Both the position numbers and the translations under genes were made by a program. Source: Rhodanobacteraceae bacterium (GTDB lineage Bacteria > Pseudomonadota > Gammaproteobacteria > Xanthomonadales > Rhodanobacteraceae). Taken from it: DNA of 41,515 nucleotides. Positions 34,652-41,515 of the stretch are shown in pieces (position 1 is the first letter of the stretch; every line of letters starts with the position of its first letter). The notes beneath the pieces are model-generated. The model worked only from the letters and a program-made list of their open reading frames with translations, was not told the DNA's origin and ran no database searches. Location: the NCBI GenBank assembly GCA_035546695.1, contig DASZWL010000108.1:1-41515 (forward strand). The letters run 5' to 3'.

Positions 34652-36112
34652 ATGCGATCCGTTGCTTCGATCCCATCCATCTTCCACTTCGCGCTCGCCG
34701 TCGCCGCGCTCGCCCTTGCGAGCAACGCGCGCGCGCAAAGCATCGAATCCTACGCTCCGCAGCCGATGGGACCGCTGACTTCGCTGACGCGGCAGGCCGA
34801 CGGCAAGATCGTCATCGTCGGCAATTTCTTCCAGGTCGGCGCCGCGACGTACACGCGCGTGGCGCGCCTGAACGTCGACGGCTCGGTCGACACGACGTTC
34901 GCAGATCCCAACGTCGATGGCGAAGTCAAAACCGTCGCCGTGCAGCCCGACGGCAAGCTCCTGATCGGCGGTGGCTTCACGAATGTCGGCGGTCAGGCGC
35001 GGCACTATCTCGCGCGCCTCGACACGAACGGCACGCTCGATGCGAGCTTCGTCGATCCGAATCTCAACGGTACCGTCTGGGCGATCGCGGTGCAGCCGGA
35101 CGGCAAGGTGCTCGCCGGCGGCGACTTCGATCACATCGGCGCGACCGCGCAGAACTATTTCGCGCGGCTCGCGACGAACGGAACGCTCGATACGAGCTTC
35201 CCCGATCCTCAGCTCTGCTGCCTGCCGGTGCGCGCGGTCGCGCTGCAGTCCGACGGCCACGTGCTGATCGGCGGCTATTTTGCGCACGTCGGCAGCGATA
35301 CGCATTTCAACCTGGCGCGCTATTCGAGCTCCGGCGCGTTCGATCCATCGTTTCCGAACGTCCCGGACAGCGTGCCGCTCGTCGCGCTCGCGATGCTGGT
35401 CGCGCCGGACGATTCGGTCTACGTCAATGGCGCCAGCGCCCAGCCGGTTATCCGCCTGCACGCCGACGGCAGCTACGATTCGACCTTCGCCGCCGCGGCG
35501 ACGGACTCCGGCATCGACGGCATGCTGCTGCAGCCGAACGGAAAAGTGCTGATCGGCGGCATCTTCCAGCAGGCCGGCGGACAGCCGCGCCATGCGCTCG
35601 CGCGCCTCGCCGCCGACGGTTCGCTCGACACGTCGTTCGGCGATCTGCATTTCAGCGTCAACGCCGGCGATCCGAACGGTTACATCTACGGCCTCGCCGC
35701 GCAGGCCGACGGTCGCGTCGTCGTGATCGGCAACTTCACGCTCGCCGACGGGCAGCCGCGCACGGAAATCGCGCGTGTCGCGACAGGCGACTACGTGACC
35801 GACGTGCTGGTCGTACAGGGCAACGGCGGCAGCCTCACCGCGAGCTGGTACCGCGACGGCGACGGTCCCGAGCTCACGCAGCCGGCGCCCTTGCTGCAAC
35901 ACTCCACCAACGGCGTCGACTTCACGACTGTCGCGACGATGACGCGCGTCGCCGGCGGCTGGCGCGCGAGCGCGGATTACGACGTGCACGGCGCGACGTT
36001 CTATCTTCGCGCGCTCGGCACGACCGCCGACGGCACCGACAATGCCGCGCCAGGCCAGATCGCGAGCGCGATCTATTCGAACGACACGATTTTCGGATGG
36101 GGGTTCGAGTGA
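34652..36112 (+). CDS. Delta-60 repeat (beta-propeller) secreted protein with DxIFxxGFE tail
   Basis: About 7 repeats of Q-x-DGK-x-L-x-GG-x-F...ARL-x-x-[DN]G-x-LD-x-x-F; signal peptide ending ARA; ends DTIFGWGFE-stop. Confidence 0.88.
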   Translation: MRSVASIPSIFHFALAVAALALASNARAQSIESYAPQPMGPLTSLTRQADGKIVIVGNFFQVGAATYTRVARLNVDGSVDTTFADPNVDGEVKTVAVQPDGKLLIGGGFTNVGGQARHYLARLDTNGTLDASFVDPNLNGTVWAIAVQPDGKVLAGGDFDHIGATAQNYFARLATNGTLDTSFPDPQLCCLPVRAVALQSDGHVLIGGYFAHVGSDTHFNLARYSSSGAFDPSFPNVPDSVPLVALAMLVAPDDSVYVNGASAQPVIRLHADGSYDSTFAAAATDSGIDGMLLQPNGKVLIGGIFQQAGGQPRHALARLAADGSLDTSFGDLHFSVNAGDPNGYIYGLAAQADGRVVVIGNFTLADGQPRTEIARVATGDYVTDVLVVQGNGGSLTASWYRDGDGPELTQPAPLLQHSTNGVDFTTVATMTRVAGGWRASADYDVHGATFYLRALGTTADGTDNAAPGQIASAIYSNDTIFGWGFE

Positions 36113-36127
36113 AACGACGCTGGCAAA

Positions 36128-37159
36128 TCAGCCGGCGAGCTCGTTTGGTACGAGCGACAAGGTCAACCTGCGGTCGCGGCGCAGCACGTCGACTTCGACT
36201 TCGCGACCGATGCGATCGGCGTCGAGCACGCGATGCAGCGCGTCGATGCCGCCGACGTCGTGCTCGCCGAAGCGCACGAGGATGTCGCCTTCCTGCATGC
36301 CGGCGCGCCGTGCCGGACCGTCGGCCGCGATCTCGATGATGCGCACCGCCGATTCGACCGGCAGATCGAAATAGCGCACGTAACGCCGCGGCAGGTGCAT
36401 GTTCTGCGCACCGATGCCGAGCGAGGCGCGCCGCACGCGGCCGTGGCGCATCAGCTCGGGCACGACCTGGCGCGCGATGTCGATCGACACCGAGAAGCAG
36501 ATGCCCTGCGCCGCCGCGATGATCGCCGTGTTGACGCCGACGACGCGCCCGGCCGCGTCGAGCAGCGGTCCGCCGGAATTGCCGGGATTGAGCGCCGCAT
36601 CGGTCTGCACGACGTCCTCGATCAGGCGTCCGGTCGTCGCGCGCAGGCTCCGCCCGAGCGCGCTGACGACGCCCGCCGTCACCGTGCATTCGTAGCCGAA
36701 TGGATTGCCGATCGCGACGACGAGCTGTCCGACGCGGATGCCGCGCGAAGATCCGAGCTCGAGCACCGGCAGCGGCTGCGCGCTCGCGACGCGCAGGAGC
36801 GCGACGTCCGTGTGCGGATCGGCGCCGAGTACGTCGGCTTCGAGCCGCTGGCCCGCGGTCGTCAGCACCGCGATGCCGCGCGCGCCGGCGACGACGTGCG
36901 CATTCGTCAGCACGAGCCCGTCCGGCGTGAACACGAAGCCGGAGCCGCCGCCTGGCACGCGCCGACCGTGATCGTCCGTGCGCTCGGCGACCGTGATCGC
37001 GACGACGCCGGGCGCGGCGCGCTCGGTGACGCCGGTGACGACGCGCGAATACGCGTCGAGCGCGTCGGCACCGTCGTCGGAGCGGTCCGGACGAGCGCTC
37101 GGTTCCGTGGACTCGCGGTCGTGATCGAGAATCAGGGTCGGATCGAGCATGAACGGCAT
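36128..37159 (-). CDS. HtrA/DegP-like trypsin serine protease (S1C) with one PDZ domain and no evident signal peptide
   Basis: GSGFV, LTNAHVV, DVALL and QTDAALNPGNSGGPL motifs; C-terminal GPARRAGMQEGDIL. Confidence 0.92.
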   Translation of the reverse strand: MPFMLDPTLILDHDRESTEPSARPDRSDDGADALDAYSRVVTGVTERAAPGVVAITVAERTDDHGRRVPGGGSGFVFTPDGLVLTNAHVVAGARGIAVLTTAGQRLEADVLGADPHTDVALLRVASAQPLPVLELGSSRGIRVGQLVVAIGNPFGYECTVTAGVVSALGRSLRATTGRLIEDVVQTDAALNPGNSGGPLLDAAGRVVGVNTAIIAAAQGICFSVSIDIARQVVPELMRHGRVRRASLGIGAQNMHLPRRYVRYFDLPVESAVRIIEIAADGPARRAGMQEGDILVRFGEHDVGGIDALHRVLDADRIGREVEVDVLRRDRRLTLSLVPNELAG

Positions 37160-37324
37160 ATGGGGATCGCGCGCGAAGCCGCAAGCCGCAGCGCGTCCGG
37201 TTGACCCGCTTCCTTTCGTATGTTCGCATCCGGGTCTGTTCGATGTTCCGCTCGCGAACGTGCGCGGGCGGATCGCGGAAGATCATCGACACACCGGTCG
37301 GAAACTTCGGGGACGGAAGGGGAA

Positions 37325-38914
37325 ATGATCGCGAGCTGCGATGCGGGAACAGTGCTGTCGAGGTTGCGTCCGCTCGCCGCTGCGCTGGTGCTGGCCGGAT
37401 TTTCGGGTCCGCTGCACGCCGTCACGGATTATCGTCCCGGCGAGTTGCAGGCGCCGGCCGACCCGATCCTGCGCGAGGACGGCACGCCGCTGCGCGTCGC
37501 GCTCGGCGAATGGCATGCCGACGCGCTGAAAAGCGCCGTCCCACCCGCCGCGACCGCGACCATCCGGCCGGTGACGAATTGCAATGACGACGGACCGGGC
37601 TCGCTGCGCGCCGTGCTCGCCGCGACGGCCTCGGGAGATACGATCGATCTCAGCGAGCTCGCGTGCAGCCGCATTTCGCTCGAGACCGGCGCGCTCGCGG
37701 CGCATGTCGACACGGTGACGATCGAAGGGCCCGAGCGCCGCTTGACGATCGACGGCAACGATCGCGATCGCGTGATGCTGCACTACGGCGCCGGCACGAT
37801 GACGCTGCGGAACCTCGTCATCACGCACGGCAGCGTCGTCGCCGACGGCACCGACCTCGGCATCGCCGGCTGCATCGCTTCGGCGGGCTATCTCACGCTC
37901 GACCACAGCAAGGTCACCGATTGCTTCGCATCGGGCGAAGGCGGCTACGGCGGCGCGATCTACGCGTATTCGCTGATCCTCTTCGACAGCACGCTCAGCG
38001 ACAGCGTCGCCTACGGCACGCATCCGACCAACGGCACGGCCGCGTTCGGCGGCGGCGCGTTCGTCTATCAGATCGATCTCGTCGGCAGCACGGTCACGGG
38101 CAATTCCGCGAGCCACCGATCCAATCCGCCGCGGACGAGCTACGACATCGGCGGCGGCATCTCGACCGTGCGCGGCGGACTCGTCGTCGATTCGACGATC
38201 GACTCGAACTACGCGACGACGGTCGGCGGCGGCCTCGCGACGTTCACCGACATCCAGGTCCGGAACAGCACGATCTCCGGCAACGTCGCGCGCACGTTCG
38301 GCGGCGGCGGGCTCTTCGTGCGCTTTCGCGCCGTGCTCGACGCGCGCAACAGCACGATCACGGACAACGAAGGACACAACGGCGGCGGCATCCTGACGAA
38401 CTCGCCGGCGCTGTCGCTCGTCAGCACGATCGTCGCCGGCAATCATGCCGACCCGCACGAGACCGCCGATCTCGTCGGCCTTCGCGACATCGCCGTCACG
38501 GGCTCGGCAAGCCTCGTCGGCATCGCCTCGGACAATCTCGCGCTGCCCGCCGACACGTTGCGCGGCGATCCCGGGCTGATGCCGCTCGGCTACAACGGCG
38601 GGCAGACGCGCACGCACGCGCTGCGCGCGACGAGCCCGGCGATCGATGCCGGCAACAACGTCTCGCAGCTCGTCTCGGATCAGCGCGGCGCAGGCTATCC
38701 GCGCGTCGTCGGCGCCACCGCGGATATCGGCGCGTTCGAATATCGCCCGACGTCGCCGGCCGGCTCCGATCCTCTCGCCGTTCCGGCGCTGACGGGCTGG
38801 GCGACGACGCTGCTGCTCGCATGCCTCGCCTGGATCGGTGCGCGCAACGCTGCTTCACGCGATCGCAAGCGCGCATCGCACGCGCGGTGCTACGTTGGAT
38901 CGCGCGCGTCCTGA
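37325..38914 (+). CDS. Choice-of-anchor Q domain / beta-helix secreted protein with an IPTL-CTERM-like anchor
   Basis: VTNCNDDGPGSLRA...NGGQTRTHAL...AIDAG...DQRG...DIGAFE, followed by VPALTGWATTLLLACLAWIGA and basic RDRKR. Confidence 0.85.
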   Translation: MIASCDAGTVLSRLRPLAAALVLAGFSGPLHAVTDYRPGELQAPADPILREDGTPLRVALGEWHADALKSAVPPAATATIRPVTNCNDDGPGSLRAVLAATASGDTIDLSELACSRISLETGALAAHVDTVTIEGPERRLTIDGNDRDRVMLHYGAGTMTLRNLVITHGSVVADGTDLGIAGCIASAGYLTLDHSKVTDCFASGEGGYGGAIYAYSLILFDSTLSDSVAYGTHPTNGTAAFGGGAFVYQIDLVGSTVTGNSASHRSNPPRTSYDIGGGISTVRGGLVVDSTIDSNYATTVGGGLATFTDIQVRNSTISGNVARTFGGGGLFVRFRAVLDARNSTITDNEGHNGGGILTNSPALSLVSTIVAGNHADPHETADLVGLRDIAVTGSASLVGIASDNLALPADTLRGDPGLMPLGYNGGQTRTHALRATSPAIDAGNNVSQLVSDQRGAGYPRVVGATADIGAFEYRPTSPAGSDPLAVPALTGWATTLLLACLAWIGARNAASRDRKRASHARCYVGSRAS

Positions 38915-39291
38915 ATCGCTCGCGAACGGCATCTCTCGCTCGATCCTCGCGTTAACGCAATCGCTCGCGGAGCGCTCTACATTTCGTGTCCCGCGGCGGC
39001 CGCGCGCGGGCCCGCTGGACAGCGCGCCGGGGACGCGGCGGCGTCGCGGACCACTCGATGGGTCCGGTCGATGGGTCGGTCGGTACGCGCGATGATTTTT
39101 CGCGACTCCGCAGGTTCCCGATGCTTTCGGCCCCCAGCCGCATTCTTCCGATCGGTTCCGGCTGCTCCTCGAAGCGGTGCGACGGCTCCCTCGCGCGGCG
39201 GTTCGCAATCGGCGCTGAGCGTGACTACGATAACGCCTCGATCGCCGGCAGGTTCCTGTCCGCGACTGCGAATCCAGGGGAGAAACGCATC

Positions 39292-40335
39292 ATGACGCTT
39301 GTCCTTTCGTGTTGTCGCCGTGCGCCGACGTTCGCGCTCGCGGCCGTGTTCGCATGCCTCTCGCTCGCTGTCCCGACTCGCGCCGCGACGATCGGCGCGC
39401 TCGGCGATCCGACGGCCGTGCGCACGCTGCCGCATCCGCCGGCGAACGTGCCGCGCGACTACGTCGTAACGCCAAACGGCTTCTTCCATCCTTCGTGCGT
39501 GCAGCGCGTCGACGCCGGAGAGCAGTTGCGGCCGGGCGCGGTCCTCGTGCGCCGCGACGGCACGAGCCGCACCGTCGCGCCGTGCGCGTATCCGCATTAC
39601 GCCGCGGACGGAACCGAGCTCGCGCCGGAGAGCGCGCCGATGCCGGGCGCCGCCGCATCGCCCGCGGGAGGCGAGATCAACGGCTGGGTCGCGTACGGAA
39701 GCTACACGTTGCAGCGCACACGGGCCGCGCGCTACATCTTCGCGGAGATGACCGTGCCGACGGCGCCGACCGTGCACTCGGGACAGGTCGTCTACTTCTT
39801 TCCGGGCCTCGAGGACATCGAGCACGTGCAGACGATCGTGCAGCCGGTGCTCGGCTGGAATGCGTTCAACGACGGCGGCTGGACGATCGCGAGCTGGAAC
39901 TGCTGCCTCGACGGCCACACCTGGCACAGCGCGCCGATCGCGGTAGCGAGCGGAACGACGCTCGAAGGCGTCGTCGTCGGCGGCACCTGCACTAGCGGCA
40001 TCTGCTCGAACTGGAGGATCATCACGCGCGACGCCGTCGCCGAGCGCGAGACGACACTCGACACGGATGGCTACGGGCAGGCGTTCGACTGGGTATTCGG
40101 CGCCGTGCTCGAAGCCTACGGCGTCAGCCAGTGCGGCCACTATCCCGAAAGCGGCGAGGAGACCTTCAGCCGCATCGTCGTTCTGGCACCGCAGACGCCG
40201 CTCGCCAGCACCAGCACCGTGCGCTCGCTCAGGTTTCCATGGTCGCCGTGGACGATCGGCGACGGCGTCCAGTGCGACTATTCCGTCGAACCGTTTCCGG
40301 ATGTCGATTCCCCGCAGATACGGATCGGGTATTGA
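39292..40335 (+). CDS. Secreted Cys-containing hypothetical protein, possibly with a glutamic-peptidase (G1-like) fold
   Basis: GGGGAG RBS; signal peptide; YVVTPNGFFHPSCV segment; YFFPGLED...IVQPVLGW...WTIASW...AVLEAYG. Confidence 0.65.
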   Translation: MTLVLSCCRRAPTFALAAVFACLSLAVPTRAATIGALGDPTAVRTLPHPPANVPRDYVVTPNGFFHPSCVQRVDAGEQLRPGAVLVRRDGTSRTVAPCAYPHYAADGTELAPESAPMPGAAASPAGGEINGWVAYGSYTLQRTRAARYIFAEMTVPTAPTVHSGQVVYFFPGLEDIEHVQTIVQPVLGWNAFNDGGWTIASWNCCLDGHTWHSAPIAVASGTTLEGVVVGGTCTSGICSNWRIITRDAVAERETTLDTDGYGQAFDWVFGAVLEAYGVSQCGHYPESGEETFSRIVVLAPQTPLASTSTVRSLRFPWSPWTIGDGVQCDYSVEPFPDVDSPQIRIGY

Positions 40336-40367
40336 GGCGATCCGTTCGCGGATATCGGGCGGGAACG

Positions 40368-40406
40368 AAAAGAGGCCTGGCACTTGCTGCCAAGCCTCTT
40401 TGTTTT
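40368..40406. terminator. Bidirectional intrinsic terminator
   Basis: AAAAGAGGCCTGGCA-CTTGC-TGCCAAGCCTCTTTGTTTT: stem with A/T tracts on both sides, between convergent genes. Confidence 0.8.
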
Positions 40407-40448
40407 CTGGGACCGGGATTCGAACCTGGATAAGGGAGTCGGAGTCAG
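40407..40448 (-). mobile_element. Degenerate tRNA 3' fragment (tRNA-Gln-like), probable attachment-site remnant
   Basis: Minus strand reads CTGACTCCGACTCCCTTATCCAGGTTCGAATCCCGGTCCCAG, containing a GGTTCGAATCC T-loop; no 5' half or CCA end; lies at the GC transition. Confidence 0.55.
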
Positions 40449-40533
40449 CAAAAACATCCCCGCGCGAACTGGACTGCCCCGAGGAAGTCTTCGACTGCAT
40501 CGGAGGTCTCGCCGAGGGAAACACCGCCGCAAT

Positions 40534-41514
40534 TTACTTCCTGTCTAGTCGCTTCGATAGATCTTCAACAGGCGAGAATATGAAGGACTTGCCGTGCTGT
40601 CGTTTCGCTAGCAGCCCCAAGTCAACCAACTCGAGTAAGTCGGCTCTTGCAGTCGGATACGCGACTCGATGCGCCGCCTGGTGTCCTGCGATTTCATACA
40701 AGCTATCGGGTCGCTTGATTGCATGCAGTAGTAGTGCCCGCTGACGGTAGTTCAGCTTCGCACCCAACGGCGAGCCTGGCCGAAGCAGCTCCTCAGCCTG
40801 CTTCCTTTCGCGCACTTTCCTGGCTAGATAGGCACGAAGGCTATTGACGGCCTCCTCAATGACAGAGAGCTGGTGAGCGATGAAATAGCTCATGTCCTGT
40901 CCGTCACTTTCGGAGTACAGGTACGCCGTTACGTACTTCGCCGGAGCCTTCTTTAGGACACTCGAAATAGAGAGATATTCGGCCATCCAGTACCCTTCTT
41001 TGAGCATTGCCCAGTAGAAGAGAGCGCGTGCCGTTCTGCCGTTGCCGTCGCAGAACGGGTGGTCGTAGCCAATCTGAAAATGGATCGCGATAGCTCGAAT
41101 GATGGGATGGAGAAAGTCGTCTTTTCCATTCTGAGCGTTGGCGAAATCGCAGATTGCTCGTAACCGCTGCGGTAGCTCAGCAGCGGGAGGCGGCACATGA
41201 AGAACGATCGTCGGATCGCCTTTGTCCTGAACAATGATGTTGTCTTCAGCAGTGCGGAAACGGCCAACCTGTTGCGGGTCGTCGATGGCGTCGAGCATGA
41301 GGAGACGATGCATTTCGAAAACAAGGTCGGGCGTGAGAGGCCTTTCGCTCATGCGACGCAGCGACTGCATCATGCGGTAGTTGTTGTAGATCATTTGCTC
41401 GCTGCGATCGCGGGGCGCGCGTCCCGTAGTGAGCATTTCCTTTGCCACCTGCCTAGTGGTCGATGCTCCTTCAAGCTGCGAGGACGTCATCGCTTCTTCT
41501 ATCAGCGACCGCAT
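40534..41514 (-). CDS. Fic-domain protein (5' end probably outside the window), lower GC
   Basis: HPFCDGNGRTAR catalytic motif; TSSQLEG resembles the (S/T)xxxE(G/N) inhibitory motif; C-terminal wHTH-like segment. Confidence 0.92.
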   Translation of the reverse strand: MRSLIEEAMTSSQLEGASTTRQVAKEMLTTGRAPRDRSEQMIYNNYRMMQSLRRMSERPLTPDLVFEMHRLLMLDAIDDPQQVGRFRTAEDNIIVQDKGDPTIVLHVPPPAAELPQRLRAICDFANAQNGKDDFLHPIIRAIAIHFQIGYDHPFCDGNGRTARALFYWAMLKEGYWMAEYLSISSVLKKAPAKYVTAYLYSESDGQDMSYFIAHQLSVIEEAVNSLRAYLARKVRERKQAEELLRPGSPLGAKLNYRQRALLLHAIKRPDSLYEIAGHQAAHRVAYPTARADLLELVDLGLLAKRQHGKSFIFSPVEDLSKRLDRK

Positions 41515-41515
41515 G

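Noticed and set aside
39247-39277. GGCAGGTTCCTGTCC...CCAG as a fourth operator copy
   Set aside because: Only the first 6 nt and scattered bases match; the A-tracts and downstream conserved blocks are missing.
40407-40480. Intact tRNA gene
   Set aside because: No D-arm or matching acceptor 5' strand, a mismatched T-stem and no CCA end; kept only as a fragment.

Overview
This is GC-rich DNA from a Gammaproteobacterium, most likely Xanthomonadales/Rhodanobacteraceae (Dokdonella/Rudaea-like). The taxon is inferred from gene content, gene order and REP-type repeats. The left and centre are mostly core genes: a DUF3016 3' end, GH85 ENGase, pepQ, a choice-of-anchor B protein, cydP-cydA-cydB-cydX, acvB-like/mprF/HigBA-like TA/acvB, pepP-ygfB, a large propeller-PAS-GGDEF-EAL protein, TIGR02449-zapA-6S RNA-ygfA-EVE-rpiA. 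At least four intergenic repeat families are interspersed. From about 25.6 to 40.3 kb there is an accessory cluster of exported proteins, divergently transcribed from a membrane-spanning wHTH-TPR one-component regulator. Three signals stand out. (1) A 28-bp box (GGCAGGAAATCTGCCAGAAAAA[TA/AG]CCAG), inside a gaplessly aligned 70-bp promoter module, occurs three times in front of the cluster's transcription units and is a candidate operator for that regulator. (2) Five unrelated exported proteins end in the same short non-membrane tail, D-x-I-F-x-x-G-F-[DE]. In one paralog pair this tail is exchanged for an IPTL-CTERM-like anchor, which suggests an uncharacterised C-terminal sorting or docking tag. 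(3) A 93-aa tail-bearing protein is coupled to a signal-peptide-bearing collagen/trimeric fibre protein with a phage-type autocleaving chaperone domain, a candidate adaptor-plus-fibre surface appendage. The window ends in a lower-GC Fic gene next to a degenerate tRNA 3' fragment and terminator, probably a genomic island boundary. All family assignments come from motif recognition by eye, not from database searches.
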